The notes under the pieces were generated by a model. It saw only the letters and a list, made by a program, of their open reading frames with translations. It was not told the origin of the DNA and made no database searches. DNA of 64,000 bases. Origin: Octopus vulgaris (lineage: Eukaryota). The stretch's first letter is position 1. Each line of letters opens with the position of its first letter. The stretch is from NCBI GenBank assembly GCA_951406725.2, contig OX597836.1:18910001-18974000 (forward strand). Direction: 5' to 3'. The position numbers and the translations under genes are program-made. Positions 1 through 13,298 of the stretch are shown in pieces.

Positions 1-393
1 CTAAACACAGAGAGGACAAACAAGGACAGACAAACGGATTAAGTCAAAATTATATCGACCCCGGTGCGTAACTGGTACTTATTTAATCGACACCGAAAGG
101 ATGAAAGGCAAAGTCGACCTCGGCAGAATTTGAACTCAGAACGTAGCGACAGACGAAATACCTATCTTTTTGCTACCCACAAGGGGCTAAACACAGAGAG
201 GACAAACAAGGACAGACAAATGGATTAAGTCGACTATATCGACCCCATTGCATAACTAGTACTTATTTAATCGACCCCGAAAGGATGAAAGGCAAAGTCG
301 ACCTCGGCGGAATTTGAACTCAGAACGTAGCGACAGACGAAATACTACTAAGCATTCCACCCGGCGTGCTAACAGTTCTGCCAGCTCGCCGCC
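1..393 (-). mobile_element. tRNA-derived SINE, family A (Meta-domain-like), dimeric body, cut by window edge
   Basis: Reverse complement starts GGCGGCGAGCTGGCAGAA..GTTAGCAC (A box), has GAGTTCAAATTCC (B box), a central GGTCGACTTTGCCTTTCATCCTTTCGGGGTCGATTAAATAAGTAC domain, and a ~170 bp body present twice. Several near-identical copies lie elsewhere in the window. Confidence 0.9.
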
Positions 394-578
394 TTAAAGT
401 GAAATAACTATCGTAGTGAAATAACTATCATACAGTTATAGTGCTGGAGCTTTCAACACCATGCAGCCCTTAGCACAATCATAAAGCATAGCCTAGACTC
501 CGCAGGCTTCCCTTCCAGTTCGAGCCTGCAGGGCTAGACCGAGGGGACGGTAAATAGCCGGATGAGCTGGCAGAAAAT

Positions 579-993
579 GGCGGCGAGCTGGCAGACGCGT
601 TAGTACGCCGGGTGAAATGCGTAGCCGTATTTCGTCTGCCGTTACGTACTGAGTTCAAACTCCGCCGAGGTTGACTTTGCCATTCTTCCTTTCGGAGTCG
701 ATAAATTAAGTGCCAGTTACGCACTGGGTTCGATATAATCGACTTAATCCGTTTATCTGTCCTTGTTTGTCCTCTCTGTGTTTAGTCCATTGTAGGTAGT
801 AAAGAAATAGGTATTTCGTCTGCCGTTACGTTCTGAGTTCAAATTCCGCCGAGGTCGACTTTGCCTTTCATCCTTTCGGAGTCGATAAATTAAGTACCAG
901 TTACGCACTGGGGTCAATATAATCGACTTAATCCGTTTGTCTGTCCTTGTTTGTCTCCTCTGTGTGTAGCCCCTTGTGGGTAGTAAAGAAATA
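579..993 (+). mobile_element. tRNA-derived SINE family A, dimeric body
   Basis: Same head, central domain and tail (CCCCTTGTGGGTAGTAAAGAAATA). Body repeated after the junction GAAATAGGTATTTCGTCTG. Confidence 0.9.
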
Positions 994-1009
994 AGAAACA
1001 TTAGACCTT

Positions 1010-1200
1010 CGAACAAAATGCTTGGCGACATTTCTTCCAGATCTTAATGTTCTGGGTTCAAATTCCACTGATGTCGACTTTACCTTTCGTCCTTTTGGGA
1101 TCGATAAAACAAGTACCAGTCGATCGAGGATTGGGGTCAATGTAATAGACTCAGCCCTTCTCCCAAAAACTTTAAGCCTTGTTGCTGTAGTAGAAATAAT
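1010..1200 (+). mobile_element. diverged SINE A-related copy
   Basis: GGGTTCAAATTCC..GTCGACTTTACCTTTCGTCCTTTTGGGATCGATAAAACAAGTACCAG, followed by a (TAG/TGG)n tail. Confidence 0.7.
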
Positions 1201-1218
1201 TAGCAGCAACAGCAGCAA

Positions 1219-1267
<49 letters not shown>

Positions 1268-1293
1268 GGTGGTGGTGGTGGTGGTGGTGGTAA

Positions 1294-1334
<41 letters not shown>

Positions 1335-1613
1335 TTATTATTGCTGTTGTTACTCTTTTATCTCCAGACGTCTAAAACCAAATTTCCCCAAAAACTAAAT
1401 TACATTCTCTCCTTGGTTGTTGTTGTTGTTGTTTTAGTTGTTGTTGTTGTTGTTGTTTTATTCCAAGACATCACTAATCTTTACTTCTTTATTTTTTTTT
1501 TTTTTTTTACTTTTTCACTTTCAAAAGTTGGATTTTTAACAAAAAAAAAATTCAGCATCTTTGATTCCTTTTTCAGATATTTCTTTCTTCCTAACATTCA
1601 AAAAGTTTCTCTC

Positions 1614-1658
<45 letters not shown>

Positions 1659-2104
1659 TTCAACCTGTCTAGCTCTTTCTTTCCGACTTTGTCTTCTTAT
1701 ATATAATATACATGTGTGTGTGTATGTGTTTATGTATAAGCAAGTATGTATGCATGTATATATGTTCTTATTTATGTGTATATGCATATACGTATGCGTA
1801 TATATATATATATATATATATATATAGCTAGCTTTTTTTCTAAATTACTAGCATCAGGTTGAGCATTAAGTAATTAATTCGCGTAATCAACAATTGCACT
1901 GTTCTGGAAATAAGTCAAGACAGACCAATTTAATTCTTTCCAATTCTGGGAACCCTATAAATAGATATAGGCTTTTGCTCTCTCACTCTCTCTATATATA
2001 TATATATATGTGTGTGTGTTTGTGTGTGTGTATGTGTAGATATATATATCTGTATATATATGTGTGTGTGTCTGTATGTGTAGATATATATGTATATATA
2101 TATG

Positions 2105-2151
<47 letters not shown>

Positions 2152-2340
2152 AGTTAATCCAAATATGAGCAAAGAGAATACACAACAACGCGAGGACGTG
2201 GAACAAGTATAGTGTTATTTGACGCTCAGGAAAGGAAAGAAAGAAGGAGGATTTAACGTTTCGAGCGGAGCTCTTCGTTAGAAACATAGAAAAAGGAAAG
2301 GTCCAAGGAAGGGAAGACGGAGAAAGAAACTCGCCAATAC
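2152..2340 (-). mobile_element. Penelope-like pLTR fragment with mutated hammerhead-like motif
   Basis: Same family as 30610-30812 and 32988-33177. Minus strand reads TTT CTAACGA AGAGC TCC GCTC GAAAC GTT AAA (G5 mutated). Confidence 0.6.
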
Positions 2341-2399
2341 ATACATTTGTCTCTATACTTAGGAAAATAACAAACTGATCACTGACATCAAAAATAGTC

Positions 2400-2895
2400 A
2401 GGGCAGATCACAAAAAGAAAATAGGATTTACGCTCCAAAGCTGTGGGCAATGTTTTCCGGAGACTCGCGGTCCATGTCATCTGCATTGCAGTTGCACTCA
2501 AACTAGGCAAGGAACTCGGCACGGTGCAGCTGGGGTGTGAGCGAGCCACTCATGCCGCTAGACAGTTTTTTAATGACTCCCCTCCTGAACCGACGTCGAG
2601 CGACTCCAAGCACCTCATTGTCGAGTTTGACATGAAAACGTTTTTAACTATCTGTACCGCAGACACACTCCGTCTGCTTATCCGCAGGTTTACCTGTCGT
2701 ACCTGTTCAAGCTTGCTCCTCGGCATAGATAAGGTCTTTGACTGGCGTTCAACAGGGTGATCCATTGGGACCCCTCCTATTTGCTCTCGGAATGGACAGC
2801 ATTGTTCGGAGCACCATAGCTCCTTCCAACGTCAGGAACCTGTACGATGCGACGCTAAGTGGGCAAGTAGAGAGTGTCTGCCAAGATCTCCGATC
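2400..2895 (+). pseudogene. degenerate non-LTR reverse transcriptase, CRE/SLACS-like
   Basis: Frameshifted translation includes LRSKAVGNVFRRLA..QLGCERATHAARQF..DMKTF and GVQQGDPLGPLLFALGMDSIV..NLYDATLSG, matching RT motifs IRPIAVG, QLG, D-x-x-NAF, GVQQGDPLGP and YLDD. Confidence 0.8.
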
Positions 2896-3072
2896 ATAAA
2901 TGTTCCTAAATTTACCTTATATCTCTATCCATATCTTACATACACTAATATATAGTGTATGTGAATGTGCGTGTGTGTGTGTACATATATATACGTATAT
3001 AGTTTTTATGCATATATTTAAGTTTCTCTGGTTGTATTTCTATCTCTCTCTTTTTCTTTATCTCCCACTCTC

Positions 3073-3153
<81 letters not shown>

Positions 3154-3203
3154 GTCTATCTAATTCGGTTTATTTGTCTTTTATATTTCTCCCGCCGCTC
3201 TAT

Positions 3204-3261
<58 letters not shown>

Positions 3262-3302
3262 TTCTTAAGATGTATATATATATATATCTGTAAATGTAGC
3301 AT

Positions 3303-3403
3303 GTGACAATTATTCGGTAGTCATCTCTTCAGATGGCGGCGTGAATTTCCACCTCGACATCCGAAACTCAGAGTTTTATCTTGGCTACCGAATAATTGTC
3401 ACA
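3303..3403. repeat. fold-back element, ~22 bp arms, PLE-like
   Basis: TGTGACAATTATTCGGTAG and CTACCGAATAATTGTCACA arms. The loop has a degenerate AGATG..CATCCGAAAC motif. Confidence 0.7.
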
Positions 3404-3479
3404 TATTACATTTACAGATAAATTCCTCTATTTACATAATATCGAGGTCTCTTTCTTTCTTTTGTTATCTTACCGTTTT

Positions 3480-3511
<32 letters not shown>

Positions 3512-3516
3512 ATAAC

Positions 3517-3584
<68 letters not shown>

Positions 3585-3586
<2 letters not shown>

Positions 3587-3740
3587 TTAGGGAGTAAATC
3601 CAAACTTACAGGGAAAAATTAGATTTAGGATTAAATCTAGTTTTATAGTATAAATATATATATTAAATTAGAGATAAAACCACTATCAGACAAATCAGTG
3701 AAAATCATAAACCAATACCTAGAAATTAAATTAATTAATA
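3585..3740. mobile_element. fragment of hammerhead-bearing fold-back family X
   Basis: ATATTAGGGAGTAAATCCAAACTTACAGGGAAAAA..AGATAAAACCACTA is shared with 24818-25212, 43232-43630, 57022-57930 and 61640-62000. Confidence 0.75.
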
Positions 3741-3901
3741 AAATATATAAAATATAAAATTCAAAATTTAAATTATTTAGTTTTAAAGTTAAAATTTTAA
3801 AAATTATTTAAATTAATAATTTATACTTATAAATTTTTATATATATATATATATATTATTATTATTATTTATTAATTTTTTTTTATAAATATATATATAT
3901 T

Positions 3902-3943
<42 letters not shown>

Positions 3944-3992
3944 TGTATGTATACTTATTTATTTACCTTTTTGCTATCGTTTCCATTTGCAG

Positions 3993-4114
3993 TCGCCAGA
4001 TGAACGGTACGGATATTCCGCACGAAGATAAATCGGCTTTAGAACAGGAGCGACTTAGCAGAACATTGCTGAGCATCAGTGATGCCGTACAGAGTGTGCA
4101 GAAAAGTAGAACTG
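3993..4114 (+). CDS. predicted internal exon A of an unidentified gene: RQMNGTDIPHEDKSALEQERLSRTLLSISDAVQSVQKSRT
   Basis: Pyrimidine tract + TTGCAG acceptor (AG 3991-3992), open non-repetitive frame, donor G|GTGGGT in phase 1. Compatible with the downstream phase-1 acceptors. Confidence 0.65.
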
Positions 4115-4653
4115 GTGGGTAATACAACAGCATCTACACCAAGCACTACACCAACACACACATAAACACACTACCACACCAACATCCTCATAAACAACAA
4201 CAACAACAACGATATATTAGCCTCTACCCTTACAATCGATGTGTCAGCCATACCCTATTGTGTTTTCCAACAAACCACCACTATTACCCCTACCATCGCC
4301 ACCACCACCACTGCTACAACTATTGCCTCAACCAGCACCACCATTACCCCTGTCCACGTAATATTCTAACACCATCCTACACTACTCCCCAGCATTTCCA
4401 CCCTTTTCACCACCGTCACCGCCACCATTGTTACCACGATTACTATCCCCAGCACTGTTATTACTCACTACCAGCACAACCATTGTTACCATTACCGTCA
4501 CTACCACCACCACAACCGACAACAACAGCAACAACAGTGCCACCAATCATTCCTACCATAACTAACATCGCCACTACCATCACACCAACACCATAACCGC
4601 ATCCACCACTTGTACACCTACCACCATCAAGAATCTCATTAACGTCACCTATA

Positions 4654-4718
<65 letters not shown>

Positions 4719-4721
<3 letters not shown>

Positions 4722-4843
4722 CAAAATAAGCAACAATGATACCCAGAGGTAATGCAGTACGATCGTTTCATGCGACTCGCATGGAGTCGCATGAAACGAT
4801 CGTACTGCATTACCTCTGGATATCCTTGTTGCTTATTTTGATT
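4719..4843. repeat. near-perfect ~60 bp-arm palindrome next to (TA)n, carrying half hammerhead GAAACGATCGTA
   Basis: AATCAAAATAAGCAACAA..GCAGTACGATCGTTTCATGCGACTC gcatg GAGTCGCATGAAACGATCGTACTGC..TTGTTGCTTATTTTGATT. Confidence 0.9.
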
Positions 4844-4942
4844 GTAATCACCCCATTTTGAATTATATGGATAATACCATACTAAATTCTGCTCCCTTTA
4901 ACTTAAGTAACATATTCAACTGAATCTAAAATTTACTGAACT

Positions 4943-5007
<65 letters not shown>

Positions 5008-5043
5008 ATATGTATATGTATATATATGTATGTATGTATCTAC

Positions 5044-5077
<34 letters not shown>

Positions 5078-5159
5078 ATAATATTTGTAAATAAACCCGA
5101 GGATTCAGAACGAACGACTATGGAAGTCACTTAGTTCAATAATAACTATATAATATATA

Positions 5160-5547
5160 CTCTCTTTACTTGCTTCAGTCATATGACTGCGGCCATGCTG
5201 GAGCACCGCCTTTAGTCGAGAAAATAGACCCCAGGACTTATCATTTGTAAGCCTAGTACTTATTTTATCGGTCTCTTTTGCTGAACCGCTAAGTTACGGG
5301 GACGTAAACACACCAGCATCGGTTGTCAAACGATGTTGGGGGGACAAACACAGAGACACAAACATATATATATATAAATATACATATATACGACAGGCTT
5401 CTATCAGTTTCCATCTACCAAATCCACTCACAAGTCTTTGGTCGGCCCGAGGCTAGAGTAGAAGATACTTGCCCAAGGTGCTACGCACTGGGACTGAGCC
5501 CGGAACCATATGGTTGGTAAGAAGCTGCTTACCACACAGCCACTCCT
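5160..5547 (-). mobile_element. tRNA-derived SINE family B (CORE-like), with internal microsatellite
   Basis: Minus strand head GGAGTGGCTGTGTGGTAAG..CCGGGCTCAGTCCC, CORE-like ACCTTGGGCAAGT, tail CAGCATGGCCGCAGTCA..GACTGAAGCAAGTAAAGAG. Many copies in the window. Confidence 0.9.
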
Positions 5548-5567
5548 ACAATAATAAATTATAAACT

Positions 5568-5940
5568 CCGATTTTATGCAACATTTATCTAACCCAAGCC
5601 AGAATCGAGCCCACAAATCGACGCTTACATGGTTCCCTGTGCATCCATAACTTACAAAGCCTTCGTGTTTACTCTTTTACTCTTTTTTTACTCTTGTTTC
5701 AGTCGTTTGACTGCAGCCATGCTGGAGCACCGCCTTTAATATTTGCTTACAAATATTATATACAGTATTAGACAGTAATATATCAATACATATAATTTGG
5801 CTGAATTTGATGGGTTAGTGTGTTGTCTCAATAGGATGTGCAAGGAGCCATGTAAGCGTTGATTTGTGGATTCGATTCTGGCCTTTGTTAGCTCATCATC
5901 TTTCAGTGAAACGTTTGGATAAATCTCGCTTCAAATCGGC
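5568..5940. repeat. diverged fold-back element enclosing a SINE B tail
   Basis: GCCAGAATCGAGCCCACAAATCGACGCTTACATGGTTCC versus GGAGCCATGTAAGCGTTGATTTGTGGATTCGATTCTGGC. Confidence 0.7.
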
Positions 5941-5983
5941 GTAGATATATATATATGTATAATACATTATTATATAGCTGTTA

Positions 5984-6018
<35 letters not shown>

Positions 6019-6643
6019 TGTGTGTGAGAGAGAGAGTGTATGTGTGTGTGTGGTATATGAAAGAGAGATGGAATATACGAGAATTTATTATTAATCACGA
6101 CAATTGTTTCGAAACATTAAGCATCGATCCCTCACAGGTAAGAGACACTTAAGAACTCGTTCAGGGGCATCCGGTGATCCAGATGTGTTTCATCGAGTGA
6201 TAAATAGACACAACTCCTTGAAATAACAGTTCTTTTCATTTCGTAGAAATAAAAGCAGCAAAACGAAGGAAATATCTTCATTTACATAGAAGATCAAAAA
6301 TAAAATCAAATATTCAAAAAAAGAAACGAACACGCAATACAGCGAGAAAAGTATCAAAAATAACCGTTAACAAATATGGATCAATAAACGCCATCGCGCA
6401 AGCTGTATGGCGCGTGTACACTCGCTCATACAAGCATCCGCGAAAACGGAAGCATATACATACGTATGGTTTGGTGCACTCACAATCACAAAGCGAGTAA
6501 AATCGCTACTTGGTGTTTATAAGAATAGGGGGGTTAAAAATAAACTTAATTCATCCATACCTTAAAGTAAATTATGTTGACAGTTACTTACATTCATTCT
6601 CTCTGCATTATATATATATGTATATGTATGTAGGTATATGTAC

Positions 6644-6721
<78 letters not shown>

Positions 6722-6722
<1 letters not shown>

Positions 6723-6930
6723 TGTGTGTGTGTGTCTGTCTGTCTGTGTGTGTATACGACGGGCTTCCACACAGTCTGTCAACTAAATTCACTCATAGTG
6801 CCATGACTATTATAGTCCTGGCCCTATAGTCAACCCAGGACAATAGTAGAAAACACTTGCCCAAAGTACCACGCAGTGACACTGAACCCGAAGAGACGTG
6901 ATCCCAAACAGAGATTCTTAACCACCACAC
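6722..6930 (-). mobile_element. SINE family B, 5' half, diverged
   Basis: TATACGACGGGCTTCCACACAG..ACACTTGCCCAAAGTACCACGCAGTGACACTGAACCCG. Confidence 0.75.
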
Positions 6931-6966
6931 ACACGTATACGCACACACACGTATACGCACACACAC

Positions 6967-7009
<43 letters not shown>

Positions 7010-7192
7010 AAGACAGAATGCGATGAAATAAAATTAATTATTATCGCTGGTGTTTCTAGCACGGGCCATATATTATTCATATATAAGTACATTAAAGGCG
7101 AAGTATGTACTAGATACACAGAAGCTTGATAAATTTAGTGAAATGAAAATAAAAACTTTTACTAACTCGGTTCTTCTTAGACTGCAGTTTCG

Positions 7193-7196
<4 letters not shown>

Positions 7197-7266
<70 letters not shown>

Positions 7267-7313
7267 TATATATATACATATATATATATACACGTATACG
7301 CACACACACGTGT

Positions 7314-7403
<90 letters not shown>

Positions 7404-7408
7404 GTATA

Positions 7409-7462
<54 letters not shown>

Positions 7463-7505
7463 ATACATACATACGTGTGTAGCTCATGTATATGTGTATA
7501 TATAT
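7197..7505. repeat. (TA)n-dominated microsatellite
   Basis: Direct reading. One of dozens of similar tracts in the window. Confidence 0.95.
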
Positions 7506-8042
7506 AAAACCTGACAGAAGAAACACATAATGTCACTCACCGTTGTTGGTACCCTTTTTTCACCCCTTTTCTCCACCCAGTCAACCAAATGCACCCTTTT
7601 CGCACAACCTGACCCTTTTACCACTCGACATCATAAGCACCACCATTTTAATTTCACTTCCACCATACTTGCTTCTTTGTATAATTGTCTGTTTGTTTAT
7701 AACCCTTTTCCCATAAATCCCCTATTTCTCTTTCCTTCATTTCCTCTACCTCCTATTACACCTCCTCCCCTACTTTACTTACCTCTTTTATCAAGCACGT
7801 TTTCACTTATTCTCTTCATTCTCCCCAATCACCTTCCTTTCTCTCTTTCTCTCCTTCTCTCTCTGTCTACCTCTCCCCAAATTTCCTCTCCTTTTCTCTT
7901 CCTCGTTATTTTATTATATTTTATTTTTCCTTTCACTCCACCCTCTTATCCTTCTTCCTTATTTTCCACCACCCACCCTCCTTACCTTGTAATCCTAAAC
8001 GAGCAATCTATTACCTTACATGTGGTTTCCAAAATTTCACAG

Positions 8043-8117
8043 GGACCGGAGCGTTGGACACTGCTATCCCAGCTTCGCAGTTCCATCCATCGTGGTCAGC
8101 TGTGACCACCAACGCTG
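8043..8117 (+). CDS. predicted 75-nt symmetric (phase 1-1) cassette exon B: (G)TGALDTAIPASQFHPSWSAVTTNA
   Basis: TTTCACAG acceptor after a long pyrimidine-rich stretch, consensus donor CTG|GTGAGT, open in the phase-1 frame set by exon A. Confidence 0.55.
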
Positions 8118-8283
8118 GTGAGTGTGCAGCCGCGTGACAAACTTCACTTTTAGACGACAATGTGCAATCAACTCGGTTTTTGCTTTTTTTAGGTAGAAAT
8201 CTGCTAGTCTCTCTTCCTTCGTTTGTTTTTCCACTTTCATCATCATCATTATCATCATCATCATCATCGTCATCATTTTCGTC

Positions 8284-8340
<57 letters not shown>

Positions 8341-8594
8341 TAAGGAATAGCTCTAAAGTGCCGATTCAGCAATGATGAGAGCGAAACAGTGGATTACTTA
8401 ATATAAGTACCAGTTATGCATTACGGTCGATATAATCGACTTATCCCTCCCCCAAATTTCAGGCCTTGTGCCTATAGCAGAAAGGTTTGTTATTATTATT
8501 ATTATTATTATATTTTACTTCCGGTCTTGTTCTGGTTGATTCTGTGAGAGCGGACAGCAACCTCTTGTCAGAGTTCTCACATGGTCTTATTATT

Positions 8595-8637
<43 letters not shown>

Positions 8638-8999
8638 TTATTATATCATCATCATCATCACGTCATCATCATCATCATCTTCATCATTGATGTTATCATG
8701 AGCATTATTATTAAATATTATTTTGTTTTGTTTTGTTTTGTTTTGCATCTCACATGCAATGATAGTTCTCTATATCTATTTCTCTCGCTGTCTCTCTCTC
8801 TATCTCTCTCACTCTTTATCTCCTGTTTATTTTTCCCTCTCTCTCTTTCACTATTTCTCTTTCTCTCACTATAGTTCCTGCAGCTTATCACATGTCATTA
8901 CCTTTTCGTTGTATTCCAATAACGAAGATTGACGCCTTGAATTCAGTTTGCAGTACTTGCTTAAAATATCATCCGAGCCATAGAATATATGTGTGCATA

Positions 9000-9420
9000 T
9001 ACGATGCTTTTCATTTTGGAGCAGCAGCTATATAATTTCACTGGGTGCCTATAAATATTTTCTTGTACTCATGATTTTCTGGAAAATGTTTGTCTAGGAG
9101 AGACAGGAATCTATTACATATGTTAGTCTTTACACTAAGGGTAAATGGGGGCGAACCACATTATTGTCCTAGGTCTATTTTTAGGTATATTATTATTAAT
9201 CTTATTAATATTAGAGGATATATATATATATACTAATTTATCCTTAAAGCTACTATTGGCTAAGACATTGTTGTAGTAGGGGGCTGCCGTCTCGAAAATT
9301 TCTTTAGCGGAAGAAAGGTTAGAAACTCTCTTACTAATGTTAGGTATCAGGTTTTTAAATACTACAGGAGTTAACAAGACTGTTTATGTATATAGGAAAG
9401 TTTCTCATTGGGCTTATGGT
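9000..9420 (-). pseudogene. Penelope-like retroelement ORF relic (post-RT linker region)
   Basis: HKPNEKLSYIHKQS..FKNLIPNISKRVSNLSSAKEIFETAAPYYNNVL..RPRTIMWFAPIY/SVKTNICNRFLSLLDKHFPENHEYKKIF matches the PLE signature IIWFNPPYS..VKTNIG..FL.L.DKHFP..H...KIF. Contains frameshifts. Confidence 0.85.
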
Positions 9421-9590
9421 AAGTTATATATATGTGTGTGTGTGTTTAGGGCTAAAAACCACTAGGTGGATAGCAATATGCTAGAAGGAGATCACATACG
9501 ATCTAAATACAAAGAAAGAATGTTCTCCAGAGAAAATTCAGCGAACACCAGAACATATTTAAATAATTTATCTCCCTCATTATCTAAATG

Positions 9591-9719
<129 letters not shown>

Positions 9720-9849
9720 GGGAATAAGTATAATCCTGCAACACATCAAATAGGATCCTGGCTTGCGTAGCATTCCTACAATCAAAGAGTGTTCGGTGAA
9801 ACTCCAATTAATTACAAAGGGGGCACTGTTATCACTGTAACACTTTATT

Positions 9850-10090
9850 GACCAGACTATCGAATGTTGTTATACACCGGGGTCACAATGCCTTTCTATG
9901 CATTGTTGTAGCTTTCGAATAATACGACCCCATTGGTTAGCGCAGGTGGTCCAACATTTCCCTAGAACGGAACGTCCGTCTGTCACAGCGTTACTTATCT
10001 ACAGTTGAGTGGACTGGAGCAACGTGAAATGAAGTGTTTTACTCAAGAATACAAAGCACCACCTGTCTGGGACTCGAAACCACGATCTAT
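9850..10090 (-). mobile_element. tRNA-derived SINE with RTE-type tail (family D)
   Basis: Minus strand GGTTTCGAGTCCC B box, CTTGAGTAAAACACTTCATTTCACGTTGCTCCAGTCCACTCA, and a tail GCATTGTGACC..ACAACATTCGATAGTCTGGTC like family C. Confidence 0.65.
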
Positions 10091-10094
10091 TATA

Positions 10095-10250
10095 GACACA
10101 AGGCTTGAAATTTAGGGGAAGGAGGTAGTCGATTACATTAACGCCATTATTCAACTGCTACTTATTTTATCGACCCCGAAAGAATGAAAGGCAAAGTCGA
10201 ACTCGGTAGAAGTTGAAGTCAGAACACGAAGACAGAGGAAATACCGCTAA
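10095..10250 (-). mobile_element. diverged SINE A-related copy
   Basis: TTATCGACCCCGAAAGAATGAAAGGCAAAGTCGA. Confidence 0.75.
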
Positions 10251-10511
10251 ATCGTGTCAGGTTGCATCTGCTATTGCCCATAATCCGTCTAAACACGTGT
10301 AGGTCATTAAAAAAACCATAAAAATATTCTGTGTAAATTGTGAAATAAGAGGAAATAAATTTCGAGGATAAACAATCCTCCATGTTCTATAACGTTATTG
10401 CTAATATATATTTTTATACACACACACACACACACACACAAATGGCTTATACGGTATCGTTACAATTGTTTTATTAAGAGGTTTTATTGCATTGTATCAT
10501 CGTACAGGCAG

Positions 10512-10631
10512 GTATGAAGTACAACATCTATAAGATACTGCAAAGCACAATTGAGAAACTCTCAACTCTTCAGGCTACACCGTGTTCCATGAGAACAAAT
10601 ATTAACGAGCCGCTGGACAACGTAGCCGATG
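10512..10631 (+). CDS. possible 120-nt phase 1-1 cassette exon with GC donor: (G)MKYNIYKILQSTIEKLSTLQATPCSMRTNINEPLDNVAD
   Basis: CAGGCAG acceptor and an open frame in the gene's phase. It needs the non-canonical donor ATG|GCATGT, so it is speculative. Confidence 0.25.
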
Positions 10632-11180
10632 GCATGTTTCTATGCTATAAAATCTGTTAGTGAAACGATAGTAGCGATGCCGTATAATCCATTCGTTTGT
10701 TTTTATTGCTATATTACACTACACAGATGTTCTCTTTAATTTTTGATTCTCTTGGAGTTGTGGATTACTAAACACCTGTAAACATCCTGGATTATTTACC
10801 ACCTGATTTTGTGTTTTCCCGTATGGCCATTAACGTGGTGTGCTTCACTTTGTTACGCCCCGATCTTAACTGAGCCTTTCAAACCAACATAGCTAGATTT
10901 CCCACCTATTAATTTATTTATGTGAAAGCATAAATAAAATTGGAGAATAATTATCTGCTAATATTTCTAGCGGAAATTGAAACGATGTAAATATTAATGA
11001 TACCTGAGTTACAATAGAAATAGAGACCATACACACAAAAGTCGAACCAAGCACCTATCGCTTTTAGAGAGATTATGAAATGCGTTACCAGCTACAGAAT
11101 TATTTGAGGTTAATAAAGAGAAGGAACTGCAGACTGGAAGCAATGGTCGTCATATCGTCATTACAACGGACGGGTTACAG

Positions 11181-11565
<385 letters not shown>

Positions 11566-11829
11566 CGCACACACATCACTCTACACACCTGCTCAATGCG
11601 CTTTGTCACTCCTCTATAACAATTGATTGTTGTTGGCTTGCCGGAAATGAATGCAAAAAAAGAAAAAGAAAAACGAACGAAAACCCCCAAAAAAAAAATA
11701 AATAAATGAATGAATAAATATGCAGAATAAATTTAAAGAAATAATAATTGGAATTGTAAGTGAAATGAGATCGATCTTACAATCCAAGTGTTTTGAGCTG
11801 GATTCAAAATGCTCCTGTTAATGTTGTAG

Positions 11830-11924
11830 CACCAAGTACTCCCGACCTCCATTTCGGCCACAAGAATGCCAGTCCACGTTCTCAGAGGCGAAACCACAGC
11901 CTGTTGTCCCTTGGATCAAGTCTG
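11830..11924 (+). CDS. predicted 95-nt exon C (phase 1 to 0): (A)[31 protein letters not shown]
   Basis: TGTTGTAG acceptor and perfect donor CTG|GTAAGT. It links the phase-1 exons A/B to the phase-0 exon D. Confidence 0.6.
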
Positions 11925-11976
11925 GTAAGTATGATACTATTCATTCTATATGACTTCTTTATGTGTCTGCATATAC

Positions 11977-12136
<160 letters not shown>

Positions 12137-12188
12137 ATGTATATATATATATATATATATTTATACATACATATATATATATACATAC

Positions 12189-12248
<60 letters not shown>

Positions 12249-12320
12249 ATATATATATATGTGTGTGTGTGTATGTATATATATATATATATATTTATAC
12301 ATACATATATATATACATAC

Positions 12321-12352
<32 letters not shown>

Positions 12353-12353
<1 letters not shown>

Positions 12354-12665
12354 GAGGCGCAATGGCCCAGTGGTTAGGGCAGCAGACTCGTGGTTGTAGG
12401 ATCACGGTTTCGATTCCCAGACCAGGCGTCGTGAGTGTTTATTGTGCGAAAACAACCTAAAGCTCCACGAGGCTCCGGCAGGGGGTGGTGGCGATCCATG
12501 CTGTACTCTTCCGCCACAACTTTCTCTCACTCGCTTAGCCAGCTTGGCCTGCTCGCTTGGCCAGCGAGGTGGCTTCATTTGAAGGCTAAAACAATGCGAA
12601 GCGCACTGTGACCAGTAATGTGTAGCAACATCTGATGCCCTGGTCGATCACGGTGATCACGGTCA
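12353..12665 (+). mobile_element. tRNA(Arg-like)-derived SINE family C with RTE-derived tail
   Basis: GGAGGCGCAATGGCCCAGTGGTTAGGGC..ACTCGTG..GGTTTCGATTCCC head and a GTGATCACGG tail repeat. Other copies at 38475, 32503 and 34096. Confidence 0.9.
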
Positions 12666-12684
12666 TATATACAGATATATATAG

Positions 12685-12915
12685 CAAGTGACCTGATCTG
12701 AGATCGTGTACTAGAACGAAAACAATTGCAGCGTGGAAGGTGTTTATAAGCTATTTAAGTAACACACAAAAACCGTTAGATTCGCTTCAACATTTAAATT
12801 TAATTTGCCAAAATATTTTTGTCGCGGTCTCAAAGCGACAAAAATATTTTGACAAATTAAATTTAATTGTTGAAGTGAATTTAACGGTTTTCGTGTGTTA
12901 CTTAAATGGCTTAAA
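12685..12915. repeat. fold-back element family Y (same as 39260-39575), centred on hammerhead stem II
   Basis: AACACACAAAAACCGTTAGATTCGCTTCAAC..GTCGC GGTCTCAAA GCGAC..GTTGAAGTGAATTTAACGGTTTTCGTGTGTT. Confidence 0.85.
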
Positions 12916-13119
12916 AATAGAATGTTTTTAAGTGTGCGCGCATGCATGAGTATAAATGCGTATAATAAGCGTTGGGATTTGGTAAGCGTTGGGAATTGGT
13001 AAGTGTTGGGGGTTAGTAAGCGTTTGGGACTGGTAATTGGTGGTCCTGCTAATGGGGTTGGTTGGTGGAGGTAACCTTGGCGCAGACGATGCAGAATAGC
13101 AGCTCGTAGTAAGGTGGTA

Positions 13120-13152
13120 TAGACAGACAGACAGACAGACAGACAGATAGTC

Positions 13153-13219
<67 letters not shown>

Positions 13220-13224
13220 CAGAC

Positions 13225-13298
<74 letters not shown>

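Noticed and set aside
1-993. CRISPR-like or tandem-array interpretation of recurring ~170 bp units
   Set aside because: The units are SINE bodies in eukaryotic DNA, with no repeat-spacer periodicity and no cas genes.
4258-4596. His/Pro/Thr-rich ORF (also 19882-20299 and 31975-32248)
   Set aside because: These are decayed (CAC/CAT)n low-complexity tracts.
6057-6137. ATG-initiated segment ending in strong donor CAG|GTAAGA
   Set aside because: There is no acceptor or promoter evidence, and it starts within a microsatellite edge.
12353-12425. tRNA gene (also 38475, and tRNA-like 58103-58177 and ~11040-11095)
   Set aside because: A/B boxes are present, but the cloverleaf is incomplete. The first two continue into SINE bodies, and the others look like decayed SINE heads.
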